Part shown: positions 12,125 through 25,858 of the stretch, in pieces
Layout of the letters: each line of letters opens with the position of its first letter
How positions within the stretch are numbered: the first letter of the stretch is position 1
DNA from: Octopus vulgaris
Lineage: Eukaryota
Reading direction: 5' to 3'
Assembly: GCA_951406725.2 (NCBI GenBank)
Contig: OX597833.1
Location: 57,474,001-57,538,000 of the forward strand
DNA: 64,000 nucleotides
Position numbers and translations under genes: made by a program
The notes under the pieces: generated by a model
What the model was told of the DNA's origin: nothing
Database searches by the model: none
The model's input: the letters and a program-made list of their open reading frames with translations, nothing else

Positions 12125-13550
12125 CAATTTATTGTTCTATGCTATAGAGAACTATCTGTATGAATTAAATACCAAAATAGCAGCAGAGGGTTGCCTGAGC
12201 TTGAGCCACTTTTGACCTCATTGCCTCCAGTGTCCACCAATTTCACTCACTTGATCAAATTGAAGCTGTCTCCCTCATGTTTTGGTGTCAGCAAGGGTGG
12301 GGGTGGGGCGAAGCACAAATACAGATACATATATGACAGGTTTTGGTCGACCCAAGTCTAAAGAGGAGAGCACTTGTCCAAAGTATCACACAGTGAGACT
12401 ACCGGAACTATGTGGTTGGGAAAGAAATTTCTTACCACCACATGCTCAATTTACAGTGCCACGAACGTACAAACCCATTTTGCTTTGTCAAAATTCTCTG
12501 ATACAAAACAACTATTACTGTCTAAGTTTAGCTACACACACTACACACAAAAGAAACATACTTCCCGCTTTATCGAACAATTGTCTGTTACATAAATTTT
12601 ACATATAACTTATCAGTAAATTAAAAATACATGTTTGAACTGTTTCCTCTAAAAAGGACCAAGGAGCTTCTTACATTTGTAGAAAGAATTCACTTATCGT
12701 TTTCAAAATGTTAAGGCGGTAACACTAACAACGACGTAGGAACCCCTGCGTGAACGCCCGGCTTGCTGGAAATAGCAGCCAAAAACTTCTTAGAATCAAC
12801 TGTCTTAAATAAGGAGATAACGTAGATAAATGTAGTTTTTCACACTCAAAAATCAAAGACAGGAAAGTTAATGGCAAGAATGCTTTTGAGCATGAGTTTG
12901 CTTTGCCCTATCAAGGTCGACCCGGGTTAAACAACAACAAAAGCAAGAGGGCGGAGCGGAAAGCTTCTACGTGGTTGGTCGATTTGCTCGAAATAGCACC
13001 TAATTCTCCCTCGAACCACAAGCTACTTTTGAACAGGTCTGTTCAATCGATCAGTGTTGACTCGAAGACTTTAGATACATGTTAATAATAAGAAAAAAAA
13101 AACTGTTACAAATTTCAATTTGCGATGATGGCTTAGAAAGCGTGCGTACACACACACAGCTATGCGTATTTCAGTATATATTAAATATACATCACACGCT
13201 AGATTTACTACGGCTTGGCGCGTAAGTTTTAAGCAATTTTTAAACGAAATACTTTAGAATATTCCACATACATAATAAATACAACCAGAAGTTTAGATTT
13301 AGCACATGCACACACACACACAAACGCATGCGCGCACGCGTTTCTTTTTTAAGGAAATTAAGCGACCAGGTGTGCTGTGTGTAAAGATAAAAAATAAACC
13401 TCTGCTTCTAAAATATGTTTTTATTCTGTAATAAGCTGTACACACACACACTTTTCAATATCATCTTATTCAAGAGTTTGAAATGCTCAGTAGATATATA
13501 TATATATATGTATTTCTCTCCTTGTTTCTCTCTTTGATTTTTCTGTGTCC

Positions 13551-13586
13551 CTTTCTGTAGAAGAGCGTAGGTTCGAAACGTAAAAG
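13551..13586 (+). ncRNA. Minimal type I hammerhead motif, family B (A6U)
   Basis: CUUU-CUGUAGA-A-GAGC(guag)GUUC-GAAA-CGU-A-AAAG, GUA site; host element 13510-13678 has (TA)n on both sides; relative at 58462. Confidence 0.7.
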
Positions 13587-13675
13587 ACCTTTTCTATTTC
13601 TGAGCGTTATACTAATACATCTGTTTGTTTTATTCACCACCTGTCTTCGTCTTTTGTTTTTTTCGTAAACTCTCC

Positions 13676-13761
<86 letters not shown>

Positions 13762-14240
13762 TTATTTGTAAGATCGAGGTATTTTAATATTTTAATAATA
13801 AGGACACCAAAGTAGAGTCAAACGGTTTATTTTTTACAAGATGTAATTGATTTACTCATCAATATAAAAAAAAACATGTTTGAAACAGCTGTAGCGAACC
13901 TCAGCCCATTTGTGTTATATGTGTGTGTGTGTGTGTATTGATTTCACATTGACATAGCGATACTAGTAACCAGTTGTGAGAACTCAGACAACATTCCCTT
14001 TAGAATAAAGTGTCAAAGCATGATATCGATCCATTACACAAGAACAGAAATTACGTCATCACTTTTTATTATGTTCACAGCTGTTTCCGCCATAAGAAGC
14101 AATACACTCGGAGTCAGAGATATTACAGCTTGTCAGGCAAGCGCTCACTTTTAAGTTCATAGCTTCTTAAAACAGAAATAGGTGTAATAAGCTAATGAAA
14201 GTGATTTCGTAACTCCTTTTCTTTTGTCATTAATTAATTG

Positions 14241-14275
<35 letters not shown>

Positions 14276-14277
<2 letters not shown>

Positions 14278-14476
14278 TCTTTTACTTGTTTCAGTCATTT
14301 GACTGCGGCCATGCTGGAGCACCACCTTTTAGTCGAGCAAATCGACCCCGGGACTTATTCTTTGTAAGCCCAGTACTTATTCAATCGGTCTCTTTTGCCG
14401 AACCGCTAAGTGACGGGGATGTAAACACACCAGCATCGGTTGTCAAGCAATGCTAGGGGGACAAACACAGACACAC

Positions 14477-14531
<55 letters not shown>

Positions 14532-14701
14532 CATATATACGACGGGCTTCTTTTCAGTTTCCGTCTACCAAATCCACTCACAAGGCATTGGTCGGCCCGG
14601 GGCTATAGCAGAAGACACTTGCCCAAGATGCCACGCAGTGGGACTGAACCCGGAACCATGTGGTTGGTTAGCAAGCTACTTACCACACAGCCACTCCTGC
14701 G

Positions 14702-14703
<2 letters not shown>
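14276..14703 (-). mobile_element. Full-length CORE-type SINE
   Basis: Complete head (AGGCGCAGGAGTGGCTGTGTGG on minus strand), internal (TA)n and tail; inserted in (TA)n. Confidence 0.92.
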
Positions 14704-14747
<44 letters not shown>

Positions 14748-14950
14748 TTATTTATTAATTCGTTCTATGTAAATACATTAATACGTTGTGAAGGACAAAT
14801 TTGCTGCAGTATTCGTCCGCAGATAATAACTCTTGTGGACAATATTATCTCCAGATAAATACCGCAGTAAATTTGCGCTTCACATCGTATATGTACTTTC
14901 AGTATGATGCACAGATGACCATTTTAATCAAAAAGTTCTGCTGCATAACA

Positions 14951-15021
<71 letters not shown>

Positions 15022-15296
15022 CAATAAGAAAATGGAGATCAATAGGTGGTTCATCAACTTTTAGACACTATATTATGTTAACTTATTTATTTATTTACTA
15101 AACTGATAATTACAATAATATACATACATGTATAACATATTATTTACATATAAGATATAAAATATAGTAATATCAGTAATCACTATAAAAACATGAATAT
15201 AAATTGGGAAATATATATATATATATATATATATCAAAAGGCGGTGCTCCAGCATGGCCGCAGTCAAATGACTGAAACAAGTAAAAGAGTAAAAGA

Positions 15297-15376
<80 letters not shown>

Positions 15377-15776
15377 TTAATGATGGAAACAAGAAAAATA
15401 GAACTCAAATCTTAAGTATATAATATATATTCATCCGTTTACTGTTAACTATGAGAATAACGAGTACCAGATATTATTATAATTTACTTTTGTCGTGTCT
15501 ATCTCACTGCTACTCTGAGTTTCACCAGTAGGTGCACAAGACCCTCTGCATCTACCGGTGAAACTCAGAAACCGGATTGACCCCCACCCCTATATACATA
15601 TATATCGTTAAAGGCGCGAAATTGCTGAGACCCTTTGGTTGATAACTGATAAGGATTTGGCGACCTTCTGTGTCTGTTTTCCGTTTGCTAATGCTTGGCA
15701 TAGTTTGTCCGATGTTACAGATATCGGACGGGTATGTTTGATTCTTAGTATTTTCAAATCTAAATCTGAAGAAATC

Positions 15777-15838
15777 TCTGAGCTGATGAAGGAAAAGTGG
15801 CGTTTTACCCACAAATCCAGAAACAGACTGTCCTCGGG
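15777..15838 (+). ncRNA. Type I hammerhead ribozyme, canonical core
   Basis: UCUGAG-CUGAUGA-A-GGA..GUGG..CCAC..UCC-A-GAAA-CAGACUG-U-C-CUCGGG; near-palindromic helix III ACAG-A-CUGU; predicted GUC cleavage after 15832. Confidence 0.8.
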
Positions 15839-16490
15839 TATCGTATATGGATGTGATCTTTCATTGTTTTTCCCTTATTCCTATGTGAGTTATTTTTCTG
15901 AGTATGCATTGTCTGGAGACTTTTATTTGCAGTTGAAGAAATAGCCAAATTTTTGGCTGCTATTTCTGAAAAGTTCGGTGTGTGGTAAAGTGAATTCTTT
16001 TACTTTACCATATTTTTATAAATTAATACTTCAAATATACCGTAAATGGTCTTTACATACCGAATACTGCTTGGTCGAATTTATTGATAATTAATTAATT
16101 CGACCCCCTTTTTTCATAACAATATATACATATACATATATATACATACATAAATCATAACCGGTTCAGTGACTCTACCCAAAGAATCTGGTGTGTGCAT
16201 GCATGTATATATGTATGAATGCGTGCAAAACAATTGCATTGTGTCAGAGCTATTTCAACCACTCGAAAGCGCAGAAACCGTTAATTCATATTTATTTCCT
16301 GGTGTTTCGAAATATTTTTTATCCCACAATAACTTGGCCGTTGAGACATTAACAAACAGACAGTAAATGTAACAAGTTTAGTGTCTCTTAATAATAAAAA
16401 TGACTCTACCGTAATGTAATTACATGTCTTTTTTTGTTTTCCAGTTTCAACCCACGGTCTCAGACACCAAGTCACTTGTCAGACAAGTAC

Positions 16491-16556
<66 letters not shown>

Positions 16557-16654
16557 AATTCAGGGTGAATACTTGATAAATGTAAGCACCTGTATATGCT
16601 AGCTAGTAGAATAGGTGAGAAGTATTTCATTTGATACATATATTTTTTTTCATT

Positions 16655-16692
<38 letters not shown>

Positions 16693-17485
16693 GCACACAT
16701 GTATGTACACATATACACATTTAGCACAGGTACTCAGATTAAGTCACTTGCTAAACATGTACAATTCCGATGTACATGTGTGTGTGTGTATACATATCGA
16801 TGTGTGTGTGTATATATCGATGTGTGTGTTTGTCTTTGTGTTTGTCCTCCACCACCGTTTGACAAACGGTGTTGGTGTGTTTACGTTCGTTCCTGTAGCT
16901 TAGCACTTCGGAAAAAGATCGTTAGAATAATTCATGGGCTTTTAAAAAATACAACGTACTGAGGTCGATTTTTTCGACAAGGGTTCTTCAAGGCGGTGCC
17001 CCAGCATGACCGCCGTGTAATAACTGAAACCAGTAAAAGACACGTGGTGCCCCAGCAAGGCCACAGCCTTAGGGCTGAAACGTATAAAAGAATATATATA
17101 AGTTACGGGAACGAAAACACACCACCACCGGTTGTCAAGCAAAGACACACATGGTATTTGAAACACCACATGTGATTAAGAGGAAAATCCACAAGGCTTT
17201 GGTCGGCCCGAGGCTATAGTAGAAGACACTTGGTCAAGGTGGCATGCAGTGGGACTGAACTCCGAACAAAGCTATGTTTGAGAAGCAGGCTTCTTACCAC
17301 GCAGCCATGCCTAACGGGTACTATCAGTTGCTCGATATGCACATTAGAGAGACTAAACATGTGCGTGTAATGTATACATTAAATATATATGCACGTATTC
17401 TGGAATAATTAACACCACACAAAAGTCACCGGTTGCCAAGGGTGGGCCTTTGTGACATTTCCTGTTCGTTCAAACACACATATCA

Positions 17486-17606
17486 AATAATAATAATAAT
17501 AGTAATAATAATAATAAAAATAATAAAAATAATAATAATGATAATAATAATAATTATAATAATAATAAAAATACTAATAATAATAATAATAAAAATAATA
17601 ATAATA

Positions 17607-17644
<38 letters not shown>

Positions 17645-17764
17645 TTTTGGTGTACCCTTATCAGACGGGTAGTCATGATGGGTATATTGGGCTTCGTATA
17701 TTTTACCCCAGTGTCACTTTGATGGCATGAACTGCTCTCTCACTCAATAATAATAATAATAATA

Positions 17765-17809
<45 letters not shown>

Positions 17810-17850
17810 GTAATAATAAAAATAATAATAATAATATTAATAATAATGAT
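17486..17850 (+). repeat. (TAA)n microsatellite with an embedded retroelement 3' end (17648-17745)
   Basis: Long TAA runs either side of a copy of the 5690 element. Confidence 0.9.
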
Positions 17851-18513
17851 AATATGCATTATCGATCGTAATACAATGGCAATAAGTCTTTCTCCCGCAC
17901 CCTCGCCTATTATTCACCAGTTACATTATGTTTAATTAATTGAACTTTTAATTAATTGCTGAGCAATGTTAAATGAAATAGTGTTTTCTTTTTTTACCCT
18001 TTTGTATTTGTTTTGGGTTGGGTTGATTTTTCTTTTTTCCCCTGTCAGTGAATATTATAAGGAAAAGTGTTTATGTTCAAGTGAACTTTCATTGATATTT
18101 AAATAACAAGGCCTGAACACAACAAATAACAGGAAAAACAAGAGACTTTACTTCAAACGTGCGCGCACTCTCAGTGACGTGACAGCCTCTATGTAGTAGC
18201 TTGGCGTTACTAGACATAGCAGCCAGAGGTTCATAAATCATACTCAGACGTCTTAAAAATAAGAAGGAAGGAAGGATATATATATATATGTCTGTATTTG
18301 TCCCCCTAGCATTGCTTGACAACCGATGCTGGTGTGTTTACGTCCCCGTCACTTAGCGGTTCGGCGAAAGAGACGAATAGAATAAGTACTGGGCTTACAA
18401 AGAATAAGTCCCGGGGTCGATTTGCTCGACTAAAGGCGGTGCTCCAGCATGGCCACAGTCAAATGACTGAAACAAGTAAAAGAGAGAAAAGAAAGAGTGA
18501 AAGAGAAAAGAGT

Positions 18514-18732
18514 ATATCACTTGATCACCTTGACCGACCAGTCCGTCAGGCGTCCATTTGACACCGCTGGTCACAGCACGCTGTCCACTCCTCTCTGGAT
18601 CGCGCCTTTCTCATCCACGTGATCCCAATCGTCCTCCTGAAATCGTAACTCCACCGTCGTGGAGGTCTTCCGGGTGGTCTTTTCCGCTCGCGCGGGTACC
18701 ACTCGACAACTGCGTGGGTCCACCGATTATGG
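18514..18732 (-). mobile_element. RTE-clade LINE 3' fragment (ORF C-terminus plus short 3'UTR)
   Basis: Minus translation HNRWTHAVVEWYPRERKRPPGRPPRRWSYDFRRTIGITWMRKARSREEWTACCDQRCQMDA* matches the RTE C-terminal W.P...R..GRP..RW...W...A..R..W motif. Confidence 0.85.
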
Positions 18733-19177
18733 TATATATATATATATATATATATACATATATTACTACATCTAGAATGTAGTTCTAGATATCTTTCATC
18801 TCTTACACTGCGGCCATGCTGGAGTAACCCATTGAAAAGTTTGGTCGCAGTAGGTTTTTTTTTTATAAGTCTGGTATTTATTCTAACTCTTTTGCCGAAC
18901 CGCTAAGTTACGAGGACGTAAACAAACCAACACCAGTTGTCAAGTGATGGAGAGGTACAAACACTACACACACACACGACGGGCTTTCATGCAGTATCCG
19001 TCTACCAAATACACTCACAAGTTTTGGTCGGCCCAGGGTTATAACAGAAAACACTTATCCAAGGTGTCAGGCAATGGAACTGGCTTGAACCCGGAACCGT
19101 TTGGTTGGGAAACAAATTCCATGTCACACAACCACGCTTGAGCATATACACCCGAAAAATGGGGACAATCGTAAATG

Positions 19178-19646
19178 AAAGTCGACCTCGGCGGAATTTG
19201 AACTCAGAACGTAACGGCAGACGAAATACCTATTTCTTTACTACCCACAAGGGGCTAAACACAGAGAGGACAAACAAGGACAGACAAACGGATTAAGTCA
19301 ATTATATCGACCCCAGTGCGTAACTGGTACTTAATTTATCGACCCTGAAAGGATGAAAGGCAAAGTCGACCTCGGCGGAATTTGAACTCTGAACGTAACG
19401 GCAGACGAAATACCTATTTCTTTACTACCCACAAGGGGCTAAACACAGAGGGGACAAACAAGGACAGACAAACAGATTAAGTCGATTACATCGACCCCAG
19501 TGCGTAACTGGTACTTAATTTATCGACCCCGAAAGGATGAAAGGCAAAGTCGACCTCGGCGGAATTTGAACTCAGAACGTAACGGCAGACGAAATACCGC
19601 TAAGCATTTCGCCCGGCATGCTAACGATTCTGCCAGCTCGCCGCCT
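19178..19646 (-). mobile_element. Nin/Deu-domain tRNA SINE, tandem multimer
   Basis: One head (GGCGGCGAGCTGGCAGAA on minus) followed by repeated ~184-bp bodies containing GCCTTTCATCCTTTCGGGGTCGATAAA...AGTACCAG. Confidence 0.85.
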
Positions 19647-20053
19647 TGCATGGAGTGAAATAATGCAAGAGCCAAGAGCTCCCTCTCTCTCTCTCTCTCT
19701 CCCCCCCTCTCAAGCACTCGCGCGCGCGCGCACGCACACACAAAGAGAAACAATGAACACGAAATGCTTGCACGCGATTGAGCGCACGACATAGATTTTC
19801 ATTTATTTATTTATTTATTTATCCCAATGAGCCGGCATTGACATCACGCAAACAAAGACCTGGCAAGACGTAGCAGTCAGATCCCATTGGAATCGCCACC
19901 ACATTGTCTTAAATAGGAAAAGACACGCTGGATAATGTAGTCCTACGTTACACCGCGACTGAGAAAAATCGGTGAGATCATGCTTGAAATAGCTTTGAAT
20001 CTAAGTTTACTGCATCAAAGCAGACGAAGAGAACAACAAGAACAACAACGACA

Positions 20054-20090
<37 letters not shown>

Positions 20091-20091
<1 letters not shown>

Positions 20092-20294
20092 CATAAGGGG
20101 GATCAGCCATCTGAATGTGGCTAGGGTCAGGGCGGGGGGTGGTGGGGGTGTTACTGATGCATTTAGCCCCAGGCGAACATCAACGTCACCAGAAGGGCTG
20201 ACACCATCTCGTTCGCCTGGGGCTAAATGCAGCAGTAACACCCCCCCCCCCTGCCCGACCCTAGCCACATTCAGATGGCTGATCCCCCTTATGT
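20091..20294. mobile_element. Palindromic (foldback) MITE
   Basis: Near-perfect arms of ~85 bp (20091-20178 / 20211-20294) around a 32-nt loop; TATA on both flanks. Confidence 0.85.
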
Positions 20295-20339
20295 TATAGA
20301 GCAGTTACTGTTTATATCTCGCTCAGAGATTTATTATTG

Positions 20340-20370
<31 letters not shown>

Positions 20371-21607
20371 TGTAAAAAAAAATACAAACTGGGACAAGAA
20401 CGTAAAACATTTAGAAGACGATACAAAAAACGACGGATGGGACATTCGAAGCCTTCAATCTTCAGTCAAGAACCGGATCATCTTCGCAATTTCGGCTGAT
20501 TAATCTTGAGATTATATATATATATATATATATATATATAATCTTCTTCTCTCTCTCCCTTTTCTTCCTTCCCTTCTTTTTCTTTAACACTTCCTTCAGA
20601 TACAAAAACACACACATGCGCACACACACACACACATGCTCTCTCTCTCTCTCACTTTCTCCCCATCCATCACCCTCTTGTACTATCTTATATCCCACCC
20701 CACCACTACACACTCAATAACACTATAAAATGGTCAAAAATTTTCCACAGGAACTTGGTTCAATTTGAAAAATCCACCAGAATGGACGCAATTTGAAAAA
20801 TCCACCAGAATGGACGAAAGCGCTAATTTATGATATAAGTTATATGATGTATAAAAACATGTAATATACAAATAAATATCTGTAAATATAAAACCATCCG
20901 AATTTCTGAGTACCTCATTTCTTCTAATATAAAATACCTGTACATCATCTCCAAACCTTCTAACATATATATATATGCGCGCGCACAAACATTCACTAAC
21001 CGAGATTTCCTCATTTATATGCAAGATAACGGCCTGCTCAAAATAGCATCAAACCTCCCTCAAATAGCACCGTAGCTAGCTTAAGCATATCAGATGATAA
21101 AGTCTCTGATATACAACTAGGCGGGATGGTCTCAACAGGAACGCCCATGATCCATAAGTCTGCTGAATCAGGGCTATTTACACAATATTCGAATACTTAG
21201 ACACTGATACACACACACACAGTCTACTTCGCTCACAGACGTTTTCGCAATTATATATTAATTTTACACCTTACACTTTTATAAACTCGGTTAATTTTAT
21301 TTAACCAAGTTTAATTTAATTCGTTAATTAGTTTTATCAAGTTAATAAGCAAAACAAAACAGAAACCATTACATTGTTTAATAAGAAATCAACAAAGTCC
21401 CTCTAACAATAGGATGCTATTGAAACCACATCAAGATCAGCCGATCGCTCGACAGCTGAGAAATAGAAATAAAATCTTTCTTCAATGTCTTGTCTGAATT
21501 TATTTTTAAATGACTAGATGAGCATAGAATGTCATTTGATTATAGGTATGCCCGAAGATGATGACTTAACGCCAAATAAACCACCTCACCACCATCATCG
21601 CTGTCAA

Positions 21608-21900
21608 GTGGAGGCGCAATGGCCCAATGGTTAGAGCAGCGGACTCGCGGTTTCGATTCCCAGACTTGGCGTTGTGTGTGTTTATTGAGCGAAAACACCT
21701 AAAGTTCCACGAAGCTCCGGCAGGGGCTGATGGCAACTCCTGTTGTACTCTTTCGTTCCAACTTTCTCTCATTCTTTCTTCCTGTTTCTTGTCCCCGACT
21801 TCCTACGCAACCGCTGAGCCTGGATGCGCATTCATCCATCCGTCGATGCTCTCGGTGTCGGGTGTTGACCTGTTTTCTCTTCTGCGGGTCTTACGAATAG
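21608..21900 (+). mobile_element. Third tRNA-derived SINE family
   Basis: GGAGGCGCAATGGCCCAATGGTTAGAGCAGCGGACTC...GGTTTCGATTCCC tRNA-like A/B boxes followed by a non-tRNA body. Confidence 0.7.
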
Positions 21901-21948
<48 letters not shown>

Positions 21949-24156
21949 CGACGAGCTTCTTTCAGTTTCCGTCTACCAAATCCACTCACAAGGCTTTGGT
22001 CGGCCCGAGGCTATAGCAGAAGACACTTGCCCAAGGTGCCACACAGTGGGACTGAACCCGGAATCATGTGGTTGGTAAGCAAGCTACTTACCACACAGCC
22101 ACTCTTACGCCTGTTTATTTGTTGTTGTTTTTTCTGTCAGTGAAAAAGCCTTGGGATGCACCTTAACCCTTTTAATATCAACCTGCATAAGACCGTCTCG
22201 GGTTAAAAACCGTCCATTAAAATTTCACTTTCGTCTATGTTCCAGGTACCAGCTCAATAACGACAAAAATGTATATTTTACTAAATGCTTAATTATTTTC
22301 AAAAATTAATAAAAATAAATCGAATGTATTTCAACAGAAATATGGTAGCAGTAGTCGTCTATAGCACTCAAAAGCAGTGTTTCTTAAAGAAGGTTCCTTG
22401 AAGTATTTTTTAGTCGAATATACTTTAAGAACTAGTTTTTTAAAATTTTTTTTTAAAGCTTTTGCCGATTTGCTATGTTAGGGAGACATCAACAAACCAA
22501 CACAGTTTGTCAGGGGGACAAACACAGACACATGCATATACACAAGAGCATATACACATATATACATGTGTGTGTGTGAGCGAACTTGTTAGACGGATAT
22601 CGATCGGAAGCAAGGCGTGTGTTACACACACGACAGGTTCAGAAGGCTTTGGTAAGTTCAGAGGAACTGAATATGAAACCACGTGGTTGCGAAACGAACT
22701 TTCTAACTTAATGGCAAGCTTTTTCTTCCTTTCCTTTTAGTGTCTCATTTATAATAACAGTAACACGGGTTCTTTTATTCCATTATTTGTTTGTCATTTG
22801 ACAGCGGCCATGCTGGAGCACCACCTTAAAGGGTTTTAGTCGAACAAATCGACCCCAGGACTTATTCTTTGTAAGCCTAGTACTTTTGCCGAACCGCTAA
22901 GTTACGTAAACACACCAACATCGGTTGTCAAGCGATGGTGGTGGTGGGTCAAACAGACACATACACACATATATAGAGAGAGGGCATTACTATATATAAA
23001 TGCCACACGCTAGGAGGGACTCTTAAAGTCAAAACTACCAAAATAAATTTATTTATCTTGGTAGTTTATCTTTAAGCTAATAAAAGAAATATATTTAATA
23101 ATATTTAAATAAATATATTTATTATTTAATAAATAAATATATTTAAGAGAAAATTATTAATATATTAATAAATATATTTAAGATAAAATTGATGGATTTT
23201 TTTCTCTTATGAGGTTTTTCATGCTAACTACTTGATAAATTCTTATAAAGATTTTATCCTATTTTAAAATTATATATATATATATATATATGACAGGCTT
23301 CTTTCAGTTTCCGTCTACCAAATTCACTCACAAGACTTTAGTCGGCCCGAGGTTATAATAGAAGATACTTGCCCTTGAGACTGAACCTGGAACAATGTGA
23401 TTGAGAAGCAAGTTTCTTACCACACAGCCAGGCCTTGGTAAAATATTGTTATGGGTTTAAAGATGTTTTTAAAAAAATAATTTAGTGAAACGATGCTTTT
23501 CAGTTTGGCGACACCTCGACTGGAAACCGACAGAGCAAGTCTCTTTTGTTAATAATAATAATAATAAAAAACTGTATCGATAACATCAAGTTGACATAAA
23601 TTCAGTGAAATAACAGGAGTGGTCGTTTGAGCAATCATTGTTACGTCAACCTTCAAAGTTCAAATCGTTATTGGAGCAGAATTTCGGAATCGCTGTTGCG
23701 ACATAAGCTGGAATTCCTCCGTTTTGAACGGGATTTCTGGCCCCCGATCATTGTTATAAAATATATGATATAAAAACAAATTTGGGAAAATTCCGGCCAA
23801 AACGGAGAAATTTCAATAGCTATTCCGAAAGTTCGCCAATTATTGTATTGGTATCAAATGTTATTTTCATTCTTTTGGCGATCGATAAAATACAGGGGAT
23901 TGTTCTTGTTAAGCTCCAGGACAGCTCTGATCCAGCAGACTTTTGATAATCAAAGACCTTCTCTTAGTGACAATTCCATTTGTTACCCAACATATTTCTT
24001 TATTCAGTATGGGCGGAGTTCTGATCGATGCACACCATTTCATCGGTCGTAACATTTTTTTTTTAGTTTTCTAAAAATACCAAAACCATAAAAAGTTACA
24101 ACCGGTGAAATGGTGTGCTTCGATTAGAACTCCACCTCAATATGTTTGCCTCGTTA

Positions 24157-24389
24157 AGGCGGCGAGCTGGCAGAATCGTTAACACGCCGGACGAAATGCT
24201 TAGCGTTATTTCGTCTAGCGTTACGTTCTGAGTTCAAACTCCGCCGAGGTCGACTTTGCCTTTCTTCATCCTTTCGGGGTCGATTAAATAAGTACCAGTT
24301 ACGCACTGGGGTCGATGTAATTGACAATCCCTTTATCTGTCCTTGTTTATTCCCTCTATGTTTAGCCCCCTGTAGGCAATAAAGAGATT
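24157..24389 (+). mobile_element. Nin/Deu-domain SINE monomer
   Basis: Head plus one body; 17-bp TSD AATATGTTTGCCTCGTT at 24139-24155 and 24390-24406. Confidence 0.9.
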
Positions 24390-25063
24390 AATATGTTTGC
24401 CTCGTTTAATTTTAAAAGTTTGTAGTGTGTGTTTTGAGGGAGATTTTTCTGCTATTTCTAACAAGTCGAGCAAACCACCTGGCTGGGTCTTTCGTAGACT
24501 CTTTCTTAGGCGTGAATAAACGTTAATTGTTGTTTAACTTTAAATCAACTCTGATAAAACAGCTTCAGTGAAAAAAATAAATGTTCTCATGGTGACCATC
24601 CCGTCTTTTTTTAATCTATTTCTTTTTCAGACGGTGAATGTGTACTGGAATAATATATCTAAGTACACATGTAAAGCTATGAACAATAGCAGGTATATAT
24701 TAACAGCCTTCAACTTTTTCTATTCAAAATGGATTTTCAAAATGGTATTTACGCATTGTTGTTTAAGAGTTTTGTGTGTATACTTCAAGATACACTATTT
24801 CAAAACAATTATTTGCAAGTTCTCTCCCACGTTCATAAAGGCCTCAATACATCGTCAATACATACATGTGCCGCGCGCGTGTACACACACACACGTATAT
24901 ATATATATATATATATATGAGGGATGTCGACACATTTATATATATGTATGTATGTAATATAATTTTCAGAACCTTCAGATTTTAATATACTAGACCACTG
25001 GTTTTAAATTAATATTCAATTTTTCACCCTCACTGAAAATTTTATATATATATATATATATAC

Positions 25064-25152
<89 letters not shown>

Positions 25153-25494
25153 AAACACACACATACACGCATATATATAACACTACATTATTTTATGTAC
25201 CCTCACAGCTTTGGTTCTTTTTAAAATGGGTAGTGTATGGTTTTCAGATATTGGCTGCCAGTTTTAGCAGATCGACCGAAAAGAAGCTCTTATCTTTGGC
25301 TCATCGTAATAAACACCAGTTATGTATGTACTCGGGTCGATTTCATCGATTTCAAAACTTTTTTCGAAATGTGTGTGCATTTCTTTCCATTACATTTCAA
25401 AACATTTACGTAAACGAAAGTAAAGCATGCCAGGTCAGTTGTGGACAACAGACGTCTTAGTAAATATTACCTGACAAAATATATATACATACTC

Positions 25495-25692
25495 GCTTTG
25501 TTTCAGTCATTTGGCTGTGGCCATGCTAGAGCACTGCCTTTAATCGAGCAAATCGACCCCAGGACTTTCTTTGGGAGCCTAGTACTTATTCTATCGGTTC
25601 TTTTTTGCCGAACCGCTAAGTTACGGGAACGCAAACACACCAGCATCGGTTGTCAAGCGATGTTGGGGCGACAAACACAGACACACAAACAT

Positions 25693-25740
<48 letters not shown>

Positions 25741-25858
25741 GACAGGCTTCTTTCAGTTTCTTTCTACCAAATCCACTCACAAGGCTTTGGTCGGCCCGAG
25801 GCTATAGTAGAAGACACTTGCCCAAGGTGCCACGCAGTGGGACTGAACCCGGAACCAT
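25495..25858 (-). mobile_element. CORE-type SINE (head-truncated)
   Basis: Matches the family consensus in reverse, with internal (TA)n. Confidence 0.9.

Noticed and set aside
18152-18251. Minus-strand acceptor CCTTCCTTCTTATTTTTAAG with a short open frame
   Set aside because: Open only in phase 2, weak donor, no recognisable peptide; not compatible with the phase-1 first exon
21608-21665. tRNA gene
   Set aside because: A/B boxes only; no full cloverleaf, and it runs into a SINE body
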